Shown: one piece after another, positions 9,071 through 17,913 of the stretch
Position numbering within the stretch: position 1 is the stretch's first letter
Layout: every line of letters starts with the position of its first letter
Made by a program: the position numbers and the translations under genes
IMG/VR virus record: IMGVR_UViG_3300035034_002581
DNA: 64,000 nt
From: a virus
Strand: one strand, 5' to 3'
The notes under the pieces: generated by a model
The model's database searches: none
What the model saw: only the letters and a program-made list of their open reading frames with translations
What the model was told of the DNA's origin: nothing

Positions 9071-9437
9071 TGGTGGAGGCGGTGGGAATTGAACCCACGT
9101 CCAAAGCAACACTAATATCTAGTCATTCACAAGCTTAGTAAACATTTTTGAACAGTCAGTTTACAAGATCTGTCATCATTCTAACCCTCAAGCTAATGAA
9201 GTAAGCTTGACCACCCGTAGGGACTCCATTTAGTTTTTTGTTTTCGCAGGATTGCTACCTGTTATCTTAAGTTGAAAAACAAGGTCTTAAGAAACCCCGC
9301 CATTAAGCAGCTAGTGCTGTCTGGAAGTGTGAGTTGTTGTTTGCAACTAACGTTTTAAGCAAAGATTAAAGTCATTTACTCATTAGACTGCTTGCACTAT
9401 CAATTAGACTATCACCCTGTCGAAACCGGTGCGCCCC
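9071..9437 (-). ncRNA. ssrA: tmRNA (SsrA), one-piece, with encoded CCA
   Basis: Minus-strand 5' end GGGGGCGCACCGGTTTCGACAGGG resembles the tmRNA 5' acceptor/D region. The 3' end is ...GGTTCAATTCCCACCGCCTCCACCA (T-arm plus acceptor plus CCA). An internal tag ORF GCA AAC AAC AAC TCA CAC TTC CAG ACA GCA CTA GCT GCT TAA encodes ANNNSHFQTALAA (canonical ALAA ending) at 9303..9344. Confidence 0.8.
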
Positions 9438-9473
9438 CTTGCTCGTGTCACAAAAGTGACACGAGGTTTAAAG

Positions 9474-9692
9474 TTACTCTTCCTTAGCAGTCTTTGAAGC
9501 TGCCTTTCGAGCCTTATCATCAGCCAAAGACATCTTAACGACCTCTGAAGCCCACTTCTTAAGCTCTCTAAGACCCTTACGTGCTCTAGTACCCGCTGAC
9601 TTGTTTCCCTTAATAGCATTCTTGCGAACATCAAGATCAATCTTCTCAATCAAAACGCGCATCTCGTCCCATTTCTCAATTGTTGCAGACAT
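9474..9692 (-). CDS. Hc1-like (chlamydial histone H1-like) small basic DNA-binding protein
   Basis: 72 aa; KGNKSAGTRARKGLRELKKWASEVVK resembles Hc1 KGNKAAAQRVRTESIKLEKIAKVYRK; lysine-rich C-terminus. Confidence 0.4.
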   Translation of the reverse strand: MSATIEKWDEMRVLIEKIDLDVRKNAIKGNKSAGTRARKGLRELKKWASEVVKMSLADDKARKAASKTAKEE

Positions 9693-9750
9693 CGTTATAT
9701 CTCCTGTGTGTGCAATAAGCTATATATAACACGCTGAAGGAGAAAGTTAA

Positions 9751-11376
9751 TCACGTCTTTTGAATTGTGTCCTTAAAAGATTGCGGAAAGAGCTTTTTGT
9801 TCTGCCCGTAAAACCTTCCCCAATCTTCATCTAGAATGTACGTTATAGCTGTATCGTCAACACTTCTGATGCTTCTACCAACTGCCTGAACAATAACCTT
9901 GGCAGTTTGCGTCGGATACCACCAGGACCATTTGTGCATTCTTTTTCTGCAAAGCTTATCGCCAAGATATGGGAATGGAATCTTACACACGATCTGGAAT
10001 CGACTTGAATCACCCTTAAGGTCGACACCCTCTGTCATTGATGGAGAGATAAGAACTGTGGGTTTCTTGCCATTAATGTGCTTGTTAAGGATCTCTTCGC
10101 GATTATTGCTATCATGGATCAAGATCCTTCTACTTCTTAGAGCTTTCTTGATGTAGTGGGCAATCTTAAACGTGTGTGCATGAATAATGCCTTTTTCGTT
10201 TGGATGGTTTTCCAAAATTGCCTTAACAGCTTCTGCAAGTTTAGGAAGTGTTTCATCAATTCCGCCTCGACTCATTCTTCCCACAGGAGCATAAAGAATA
10301 GGTCTATTTGCAACGGGAAATGGCGAAGGGATTGAGATGAAAGCAACCTCATTCATTGGAATACCAAGTGACTCACAAAACGACTCGTGATCAAGGATTG
10401 TCGCAGACATCATAATGACCTTTTGACCCATCCTGAAGAGATACTGCTCTGAGAATGGTGCAACATCAATTGCTTTAAATTCAATTCTCCTCTTTGCTCG
10501 GCCTTCGCCCTGATTGATATTCATCACCCAGTTGTCTTTCTCATAGACACTAAGGAATGTTGACAACTTTGTCTTATGACCCTTTAACAGATCGATTTGT
10601 CGAGAAGTATTGCTGAACTCTGTGATCTTCTCTGCAAGTCCTTCGTACTTGGCCATAAGCATTTCAATATTTAGCAGATGAGAATTAAGCTTAGCCATAT
10701 ATGGACCCTTGATCCAGTCTAGACACTGCTTTTGAGTGTTGATATGCGGCATATCAATCTTTAAGACTTTCTGTGCAAAGTATTCAGACACAGAGATCTC
10801 AATGAATCGACTAAGTTCTGGCTCAATGTTATGTGCCTCATCAACAATAAGCACTTGACGTGGTTCTGTCTTACCCGAGAAGGTAGATTCGGTCATAAAA
10901 TAAGGAAAGTTTGTTACACTCTCTGGTGAGGCTAAGAATTCTGCCTTTGCCAATTTGTACTTGCAGTTAAAAGCACACGCCTTAAAGTGCTTTGAACTCT
11001 TGTCAGCACCCTTTAGCTCTTGTTGGCTTTCATTGCAATTCTTGTCTTTGTGAAAGTTACATCGGTAATTCGTGCTTGACTTAATAGAACGCATAGTTCC
11101 ACCAGCACCAGGACCAAAGTCTTTTACATACTGATCTTGAAGGATCTTCTGTGTTGTTAAGAAGTAAGCGCCAGGAAGAAAGCCTTCTTCAACAGCAAGC
11201 TGCTCTCTAAGTAGTCGGCCAAGTGTAAGGCCGACTCCAGACTTACCGCATCCAGTTCCAAGCTCAAGAATAACAAATCTCTTGCCGTTGTCAACAAGAT
11301 TTTCCATTGCAAAGCGAATCGCCTCATCCTGTTCTGCTCTCACAGTAGGATAAGGGAAGAATTTCTCAAAGTCCAT
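9751..11376 (-). CDS. DinG/XPD (Rad3)-family superfamily-2 helicase
   Basis: Walker A-like LGTGCGKSGV, DEAH box VLIVDEAHNI, and a Cys-rich insert (CNFHKDKNCNE...CAFNCKYK) consistent with the Fe-S domain of XPD/DinG helicases. Confidence 0.65.
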   Translation of the reverse strand: MDFEKFFPYPTVRAEQDEAIRFAMENLVDNGKRFVILELGTGCGKSGVGLTLGRLLREQLAVEEGFLPGAYFLTTQKILQDQYVKDFGPGAGGTMRSIKSSTNYRCNFHKDKNCNESQQELKGADKSSKHFKACAFNCKYKLAKAEFLASPESVTNFPYFMTESTFSGKTEPRQVLIVDEAHNIEPELSRFIEISVSEYFAQKVLKIDMPHINTQKQCLDWIKGPYMAKLNSHLLNIEMLMAKYEGLAEKITEFSNTSRQIDLLKGHKTKLSTFLSVYEKDNWVMNINQGEGRAKRRIEFKAIDVAPFSEQYLFRMGQKVIMMSATILDHESFCESLGIPMNEVAFISIPSPFPVANRPILYAPVGRMSRGGIDETLPKLAEAVKAILENHPNEKGIIHAHTFKIAHYIKKALRSRRILIHDSNNREEILNKHINGKKPTVLISPSMTEGVDLKGDSSRFQIVCKIPFPYLGDKLCRKRMHKWSWWYPTQTAKVIVQAVGRSIRSVDDTAITYILDEDWGRFYGQNKKLFPQSFKDTIQKT

Positions 11377-11385
11377 CAGGACTCC

Positions 11386-11628
11386 TTACGTAATTAGTGT
11401 AGGTTTCTCGGGAATGGAAGTGTCATTTTCTAGTGCCTTCACTGCACCAGTCATTGTTTCAAAAGCTTTTCTATCAGTCAAATTCAGAGATAAGATTTTG
11501 ATAATTTTCAAGATTTGCTCTTGATCTACACCAAAGTCCAATATCTGATTAACGATCTGCCTGCACTGAAACATTTTCTCAGCATGCTTTTCGCTGTCAG
11601 TTGACCCATACTTTTTAACTTCTGACAT
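11386..11628 (-). CDS. Hypothetical protein
   Basis: 80-aa ORF in operon-like arrangement. Confidence 0.3.
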   Translation of the reverse strand: MSEVKKYGSTDSEKHAEKMFQCRQIVNQILDFGVDQEQILKIIKILSLNLTDRKAFETMTGAVKALENDTSIPEKPTLIT

Positions 11629-11669
11629 ACATCTTCCTACTACAACTTTACAGTTTGATTAGTAATTGT

Positions 11670-12137
11670 TCAATCAATGAATTCATCTCTAATAAATGAT
11701 TCAATCTTGATATTGTGCGGTGGCGAAACTAGCTTTAAGATTTTACCTTGTGTTACGCCGTCGACTTCTTCTTTAGTCAGTACAATTACCTTACCCCACT
11801 CATTGTTCTCAAGTGAGAATTGCACTTCTTCCCATGTCGGAACACCAACACTATAACTTTTAAGCACCGATGCTACATTTGTAGGCATACTAAACTTCAT
11901 GTCTTCAATAGTAACAGAAGAAGCAACCGAGTCTTTCCCGATTGCTATCTCTGATTTTCCTAGTTCATTTACTTTGTGCGCAGCTCCACAGTTATTACAC
12001 TCAACAATCTTAGGGATAACTTCGTCTTTATCATCGACGATAGAAAACACAACAAATTTATGAAAAATTGGCTGTGCAGCATCTCTAAACTGTGGAAGTA
12101 TGCAGTGACATGGAACTAAATGCTTAATACCGTACAT
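11670..12137 (-). CDS. Hypothetical protein with possible Zn-binding Cys/His cluster
   Basis: 155 aa; CHC...CNNC pattern. Confidence 0.3.
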   Translation of the reverse strand: MYGIKHLVPCHCILPQFRDAAQPIFHKFVVFSIVDDKDEVIPKIVECNNCGAAHKVNELGKSEIAIGKDSVASSVTIEDMKFSMPTNVASVLKSYSVGVPTWEEVQFSLENNEWGKVIVLTKEEVDGVTQGKILKLVSPPHNIKIESFIRDEFID

Positions 12138-12148
12138 GACTATATGTA

Positions 12149-12376
12149 TTACTTAGTGTGTGCTTTGACGACAGATTGAAGCTGCCTAGTTCCATTCTGA
12201 AGCGCTGAATTTATTGACGACCTGACAAGATTATCAAGCTGTCGAAGATCAGTATCAGACAACCTTTCGATCTTGCCCTCAGCGCTAGCCTCAATAATTG
12301 TCTTCATAACTGTGTCCTTGACAACATCGCCAACCATAAACACACTTCTCATAACATCACGTTCTAAATTTGACAT
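12149..12376 (-). CDS. Hypothetical protein
   Basis: 75-aa ORF. Confidence 0.3.
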   Translation of the reverse strand: MSNLERDVMRSVFMVGDVVKDTVMKTIIEASAEGKIERLSDTDLRQLDNLVRSSINSALQNGTRQLQSVVKAHTK

Positions 12377-12438
12377 GTGGTGACTCCCTTAAAAAGTATC
12401 CATATCAAATTTTAGACACTAAGTTAGAAATGTAAACC

Positions 12439-12939
12439 CTATCGAGCGTGTTTATCAGCAACTCCACCCGCAGCCCAGTCTCCAGGCTTTAGCACACACT
12501 TGAAACCATAGGCTTCAACCAAACCCTTAAACCCAGACGCAAACTTGCTAGACCCTTCACCATCGAATGAACTTACATTGACGTGAATTGCTTCGACAGG
12601 TAGCTTAAGTTCGTCTCTAATTGTTACAGCAGCGTCAATGGACTCTTGTACTTCGTGGTAAAGTCTACCGTACAAGTTGGAAAACTGCTTTTTTGGAATG
12701 TGAGTCCTGTGAAATACGTACCAACCACCACGAGGATTCTCTCCGTTCCAGACACATAACGCAGTTGCGCAAGCAATGTGACGAGACTTACGACCCCTGT
12801 GTGAGTCTGTACCTACAATAATTGTCTGCCCGAGAGTTTTCATTCTGTCGACAAAGATTTCTTTGACTTGATCTAACGTGTAGTGATTTCCTCTACCGTC
12901 AATCCAAGAAACTTCTGCTGCTTCCATTTTATTCTCCAT
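12439..12939 (-). CDS. Hypothetical protein (possible RNase H-like/nuclease fold)
   Basis: 166 aa; IIVGTDSH motif; no confident family assignment. Confidence 0.3.
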   Translation of the reverse strand: MENKMEAAEVSWIDGRGNHYTLDQVKEIFVDRMKTLGQTIIVGTDSHRGRKSRHIACATALCVWNGENPRGGWYVFHRTHIPKKQFSNLYGRLYHEVQESIDAAVTIRDELKLPVEAIHVNVSSFDGEGSSKFASGFKGLVEAYGFKCVLKPGDWAAGGVADKHAR

Positions 12940-14317
12940 CTATCGTTAGTGCAGCATTAATACTCAACAACGAAATTGCTGCTTGTGTTCCATGCTTAAT
13001 AGTTGCTAACAGTGTTAGGGTCGGCAATATGTTATTGTTAGTTGTGTTTAATACAGTCTTGAGAGACGATTCAAATAACTTTGGAGTTATTTCTTGAACC
13101 GCAGATAAATCTACCACACCATTACTTAAAATTGCACGCGATGTTCTTAAAATAAGATCAAGATCCTGAACATGTGGATAGAAGGCTTTGTCATATCTAA
13201 TCCTAACACTCTGACTCGTAAGTGATCTTAAGCGAAAATCCAGCAAGTTTATCAAAGCATCAGACTGAGCTGTCTGTCTTCTTTCCGTCAACTCTTTGCT
13301 TAGGTGTTTTGCGCCCATAATGCCTTTAAGGTTCTCTATCTTTGTCTTGCCCATCTCAAATGTTAACTTTTCAACAGTACCTAAGTTGTCGAATTCAATT
13401 TGAGAAATTAGATCACCCGTTAAAGAGCTTACGACTGGTGTATCACAAACAACAGAGAGATCTTTGATAGTGTTGGCAGAAAACTCATCAAAAGGCACAC
13501 GAACAGGAATGACATTAAGTGTCTTTCTTGCGAAGTTAACAGACAGTGTGCCGATAACTTCTTCTGCAAATGCTCTAGCAAAGATAACGACCGGTGCATT
13601 GTCTTTGTTTGCACCAGTAAGAATCTTATCAATTTCTGACACGGTTTCTATCATGCCGTCGATTATCGCAACTTTTACATTGCTATGAATCCACTTCTTG
13701 CTTCCGCCAACCATATCTTCGTATGGAGTAACGTCAAACACGAAGCCACGATTTAACTCAACAATACATTCATCTGATGACTCTGCGTCAACAAAAATTC
13801 GACTTTCCATTCCCGCCAATTTAATTGCGTTCCAGACCATTCCGGCTGCTTTAGGATGAACAGGAAGCTGCTTAATTTGCTGCTGGAAGGCATTTTCCTG
13901 TAACCAGTTGGCAACTAATCGGTTATCATTTAAAAAACCTCCAGCAGCCTCCTGCAACATCTCTTCGATCCCTCTAGAATCTTGTCCAGATATGATCTGC
14001 GGCAGAACTTCTTTTACTAGAGAGGTTGTCCATCTAAGTACAAGATCACTAGAACCTGGGCCTAGAGCTTCTGAACGCTTGCACGCGTCAAGAACAACTC
14101 GTCTTACAATTCCGGGTAATCCTCCTCTAACAGTTCTTCCTACAACAGCAGGAGACCAATTGATAGTCTTGTGTGAGCTTCCATTTTGTGCTAAACAAGG
14201 AAGTCCCTGATGAAGTATGCTGCTAATGAGCTCAACCTCGTCAAGGACTTTTTGTCTGATTTCATTAGGCTTGCTTATAATGTGAACATTTTGTAACATG
14301 AACTCATTATAATTCAA
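12929..14317 (-). CDS. Divergent chaperonin-like protein (Cpn60/TCP-1 fold?)
   Basis: 462 aa; RSEALGPGSSDLVL resembles the GroEL/TCP-1 TLGPKG signature region; weak overall. Confidence 0.3.
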   Translation of the reverse strand: MNYNEFMLQNVHIISKPNEIRQKVLDEVELISSILHQGLPCLAQNGSSHKTINWSPAVVGRTVRGGLPGIVRRVVLDACKRSEALGPGSSDLVLRWTTSLVKEVLPQIISGQDSRGIEEMLQEAAGGFLNDNRLVANWLQENAFQQQIKQLPVHPKAAGMVWNAIKLAGMESRIFVDAESSDECIVELNRGFVFDVTPYEDMVGGSKKWIHSNVKVAIIDGMIETVSEIDKILTGANKDNAPVVIFARAFAEEVIGTLSVNFARKTLNVIPVRVPFDEFSANTIKDLSVVCDTPVVSSLTGDLISQIEFDNLGTVEKLTFEMGKTKIENLKGIMGAKHLSKELTERRQTAQSDALINLLDFRLRSLTSQSVRIRYDKAFYPHVQDLDLILRTSRAILSNGVVDLSAVQEITPKLFESSLKTVLNTTNNNILPTLTLLATIKHGTQAAISLLSINAALTIDGE

Positions 14318-14358
14318 TTCTGCCTAAATGTTTCGCATTTGTCTCTACTTTGTTTATT

Positions 14359-14435
14359 TGGTAGATCCCGCGAGGGTTGAACTCGCATCTGTCCGTTTAT
14401 GAGACGGGGGCTTTTACCTATTAAGCTAGGGATCC
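14359..14435 (-). tRNA. tRNA with CAT anticodon (candidate tRNA-Ile2 lysidine substrate, or Met)
   Basis: Cloverleaf read by eye: acceptor GGATCCC/GGGATCT, D GCTT/AAGC, anticodon loop CTCATAA, T-arm GCGAG-TTCAACC-CTCGC, encoded CCA; lies immediately downstream of tilS. Confidence 0.65.
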
Positions 14436-14448
14436 TCTTCTAACTATA

Positions 14449-15096
14449 TTAAGCTTTGACTTCTTGTTTCAAAAATGCTTCTTTTGTCTTCTTGTACAAG
14501 GTCTTGTGAAGTCCAGGATTGACAATCATAGCTTGTGGAACGATGTTGTGTCGAATATGATTTCTCATATATTTTGTGTCACAGTTGCTAGGATCAGTTA
14601 CAAACGGGACGTTCTTACGCCTGGCCCAATCGGAAAAATCCTTTTTCTTGGTGAGTAAGAACGGGCGGATAATATGTCTGCCTCTTTTGGCCGGGATTGT
14701 TTTTGGTTTTCCGTGCATAGCGGAAAAGATCCAGGTTTCAATTTGATCGTCCAGGTGATGACATGTAATTAGGGGAACATCGTCATAGATTTCAATTACA
14801 CTTTCAAAAAAAACGTATCTTGCATCACGCCACTCTGCCTCTGTTGACTTGCCAGGCTCTAGTTCACACTTGAAGAAGCCTACATGTAAAGGCAGACTAA
14901 ACCGATCAGCGTACTTCTTGACAAAATCCCTTGCCTTACTGCCATGCTCTGTACCATGATCAAAGTATGCAAGAATAACCTCTCTGCCACCAGCTTGCAA
15001 GAAGTCAACTACAGCCATAGAGTCAACTCCTCCAGAGCATGCAATAATTACCTTGTGAGGAATTTTACCAAGAATGTTGATCATACATACTTCCAA
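14449..15096 (-). CDS. tilS: tRNA(Ile)-lysidine synthetase (TilS)
   Basis: PP-loop SGGVDS motif (IIACSGGVDSMAV) and TilS-specific HHLDDQIET motif; 215 aa. Confidence 0.75.
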   Translation of the reverse strand: MEVCMINILGKIPHKVIIACSGGVDSMAVVDFLQAGGREVILAYFDHGTEHGSKARDFVKKYADRFSLPLHVGFFKCELEPGKSTEAEWRDARYVFFESVIEIYDDVPLITCHHLDDQIETWIFSAMHGKPKTIPAKRGRHIIRPFLLTKKKDFSDWARRKNVPFVTDPSNCDTKYMRNHIRHNIVPQAMIVNPGLHKTLYKKTKEAFLKQEVKA

Positions 15097-15323
15097 ATCA
15101 TCAAATTCCCTGGGACACTATCTGCAGACTTTCTTTCGCCACCAACTGTGATAATGTCCCAAATTGTATCGCTTACTCCATCTTCTAGCGTCCCAAGGTT
15201 AATCATAATTCCGGGAACGACTTCAATTTTATCGATCTCCTCTGGAATCCAGGCTACCTTATTGACAAGCGCTTCGCTTGCACTTGAAATCATTAGGCAC
15301 TTACGATACTTAACTTCACTCAT
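15081..15323 (-). CDS. Hypothetical protein
   Basis: 80-aa ORF overlapping tilS start by a few codons. Confidence 0.3.
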   Translation of the reverse strand: MSEVKYRKCLMISSASEALVNKVAWIPEEIDKIEVVPGIMINLGTLEDGVSDTIWDIITVGGERKSADSVPGNLMIWKYV

Positions 15324-15547
15324 TTTTCACCCAATAGTTTGACTAATCTTTCGATCTCTTCAAGATCGATTTCTTTCTTGGATTTTGACATTTCATTGTC
15401 CAGATCTTTTGTCACTGCAGACTTGTCAGTTCGTCTTGAGAATATTTCTATTAATCTTTCATCAATATCTTCACCAATCTTATTTGCCATGTGCCTAATA
15501 AGAACTTCTGCGTCGTAACTCTTAGGATCCAGCTTTTCCATTAACAC
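15320..15547 (-). CDS. Hypothetical protein
   Basis: 75-aa ORF, 4-nt overlap with downstream gene. Confidence 0.3.
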   Translation of the reverse strand: MLMEKLDPKSYDAEVLIRHMANKIGEDIDERLIEIFSRRTDKSAVTKDLDNEMSKSKKEIDLEEIERLVKLLGEK

Positions 15548-15642
15548 TCCCTAAAAAGTTGCCCACTATACAACGACTTGTCTTATCGCTAATGTTCTAG
15601 AAACAAAAGGAACATTGCCTTTAAGACATGGTGAGGATTAAA

Positions 15643-15736
15643 TGGTGTGCGGAGATGGATTCGAACCATCGACTACCTAGACTCCCACCGGTTAAGGCTA
15701 CATTCCACGTCTTCTACCAACTGAATTATCCGCACA
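15643..15736 (-). tRNA. tRNA-like gene, long (about 91 nt + CCA); isotype unresolved (long variable arm or intron?)
   Basis: Clear 7-bp acceptor GTGCGGA/TCCGCAC + A + CCA, T-arm GATGG-TTCGAAT-CCATC and D-loop AGTTGGTAG, but anticodon arm cannot be folded canonically by eye. Confidence 0.35.
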
Positions 15737-15740
15737 TAAA

Positions 15741-15815
15741 TGGTGTTTCCGGCAGGATTCGAACCTGCATTTAGCGCTTAGGAGGCGCTTGCTCTATCCA
15801 TTGAACTACGGAAAC
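15741..15815 (-). tRNA. tRNA-Arg (anticodon CCT)
   Basis: GTTTCCG acceptor, D-arm TAGTTCAATGGATAGAGCA, anticodon stem AGCGC/GCGCT with loop CTCCTAA, T-arm GCAGG-TTCGAAT-CCTGC, CCA encoded. Confidence 0.75.
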
Positions 15816-15920
15816 GAGTATGTTTTATCTTGCAAGACTAGTATAACATAAATCTATACGCAAATGCACAAAAAGGGAGGAATTTATTTCCTCCCTCAAA
15901 ACTTGCTAAGTTTTTAGCTT

Positions 15921-17858
15921 TTACGAATCACGCCAGAGGTTGTTTGCTGCGTAGGTCAGCACCTCTTCGGCACTTACTTCATTGTAGCCGTACTCTTCAA
16001 TGAGTGTCTTCACCATCTCATTGTACTTGCCCTTCTGCTCGTCGTCTCTGGTACGTGCCTTAGTCACAACACGTGCCATCTTGCGGACATTAGACATCAT
16101 GTAAGACTCGATAGCTTCCTTGAGAGGAGCGTAAGACGTGTAATCAACCGTTCCACCCTTTCTTACCGTGCGGAACATGTAGGAAGTTACATCCTGCCTG
16201 AATCCATCACGAGAGCTTCCTGTGATACCGATTTGCTCTTCGATAGATTGCATGAACTCTTCATCTGGGTAGCGCTCTTCTTTCGTAATGCTATCCTTGA
16301 GCATAATGTTGTTTGTATATGCCTCAGCGCTGTCAAGATACAACTCAAAGATATTCGCTGCATTCTCTTCAAATGCTGTGATGAAAGCCTTCGAGATTTC
16401 CTTTTCAAGCACACTTAGGTACTCTTCACGAATTGTCTTCTGAAGGAGACTTAGGTAACGTTCCTTGGATTCCTCGTTTGTGATTTGCTCCTTGACTTTT
16501 CGAATCATGGCATCAATTACGGAGATTGGTGTGATAACATCTTTGTCAGAAGTTGTCAAAGCGTCATCGATCGCCTTCATGATAAATCTAGTCGAAATAC
16601 CAGTCATACCCTCATTGTTAGCTTCTGCACGAAGATCCTTAATGTCAACCTTCTTGACATGCCCAGCCTCAATGACTTCTTCGCCATTGTAAAGCTTAAG
16701 CTTAGTCATTAGATCACACTTGTTACTTGGTGCAAGTCGCGTTAGAATCGAAAACATACTTGCAATTCTCAAAGTATGAGGTGCAATGTGTACGTCGAAG
16801 TCAGACTCTGCCATTCGCTTCTTGTAAATCTTGATCTCTTCATCGAGCTCAAGCACATATGGAACGTTGATCTTGACGATTCGGTCCATCACAGCTTCGT
16901 TTAAGTGATCTGACTTAAACTTGTTCCACTCTGCTTCGTTACAGTGTGATATGATAAACACATCATGATAAATCATGGGGTGCTTACCAGGTGCTGGAGA
17001 ATGCTTCTCCTGGGTAACTGTAATTGCTGGGTGGAGAAACTCAACTTCATTCTTAAAAATCTCTACGAATTCAACCAGACCTCTGTTTCCTACATTGAAA
17101 GCACCATTTAGAGACAAGATTCGAGGGTCGTCATCTGAATAGAGATCTAGCTTAGAAATGTCTTCCGAGCCGATCAAGATACTCACGTCCTGCGTGTTAG
17201 GATCAGTTGGAGGAACTACACCGACACCCTTTCGGCCTCGAGCAGAGAAGGATCCCTCAACTACCTCAAACTTTTCGTAGTCACCATCGTACTCTTCGAT
17301 TAGCTTCATTCTACAGATTGGGCACAAGTCTCCTTCGATATGAGCACCCAAAATCTCCTTGAATTCTGATCGTAAAGATCTAGGTACAAGGTGCAAAGGC
17401 TCCTCTCGGATTGGGCATCCCTTGAGGTAGTAATAAGGCTCGGCAGCTTCAAGTGCCTTCTTGACATGTTCTGTTAGCGCTGACTTACCCGCACCAACTG
17501 GTCCCATAAGCAAGAGAATCTGTCGACTCTCTTCTCCCTTTAGCGAGGCAGCCTTCAAGAACTTCATTAAGCGAGAAACTACTCTCTCGGCGCCATAAAA
17601 GTCCTTCTGGAAGAAGTCGTAAGTCTTTAACTTGTCCTCTTCGAAGAGCTTTCTAAATCTATCATTTGAGTCATCTAGCGTTTGAACGCCCTGAGACATA
17701 ATAGAATCATACACTCTGCTATGCGATAGCTTTGCGATGCGTGGATTCTCTTCAACAAGCTCAAGATATTCAATGAAGGTTCCTGACCACTTCTTGGCCT
17801 TTACCTTCTTCTTGTGCTTCTTAATAAGAGCAAGATAGTCTTTACGATTTGATGTCAT
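15921..17858 (-). CDS. prkA: PrkA-family serine protein kinase (YeaG-like, AAA+ N-terminal domain)
   Basis: 645 aa; P-loop LLLMGPVGAGKSALTEHVK and overall PrkA architecture. Confidence 0.8.
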   Translation of the reverse strand: MTSNRKDYLALIKKHKKKVKAKKWSGTFIEYLELVEENPRIAKLSHSRVYDSIMSQGVQTLDDSNDRFRKLFEEDKLKTYDFFQKDFYGAERVVSRLMKFLKAASLKGEESRQILLLMGPVGAGKSALTEHVKKALEAAEPYYYLKGCPIREEPLHLVPRSLRSEFKEILGAHIEGDLCPICRMKLIEEYDGDYEKFEVVEGSFSARGRKGVGVVPPTDPNTQDVSILIGSEDISKLDLYSDDDPRILSLNGAFNVGNRGLVEFVEIFKNEVEFLHPAITVTQEKHSPAPGKHPMIYHDVFIISHCNEAEWNKFKSDHLNEAVMDRIVKINVPYVLELDEEIKIYKKRMAESDFDVHIAPHTLRIASMFSILTRLAPSNKCDLMTKLKLYNGEEVIEAGHVKKVDIKDLRAEANNEGMTGISTRFIMKAIDDALTTSDKDVITPISVIDAMIRKVKEQITNEESKERYLSLLQKTIREEYLSVLEKEISKAFITAFEENAANIFELYLDSAEAYTNNIMLKDSITKEERYPDEEFMQSIEEQIGITGSSRDGFRQDVTSYMFRTVRKGGTVDYTSYAPLKEAIESYMMSNVRKMARVVTKARTRDDEQKGKYNEMVKTLIEEYGYNEVSAEEVLTYAANNLWRDS

Positions 17859-17913
17859 TTACTTTCTCCATTTCAATTTAATCTTACAAAGTAGTTCTAT
17901 ATGTGTTTCACAT

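Noticed and set aside
9404-9649. ORF 9404..9649 (81 aa) overlapping the tmRNA 5' end
   Set aside because: It overlaps both the tmRNA and the better-supported Hc1-like ORF 9474..9692 in another frame, and is Arg/Leu-rich as expected for the reverse or alternate frame of a lysine-rich gene; judged spurious.
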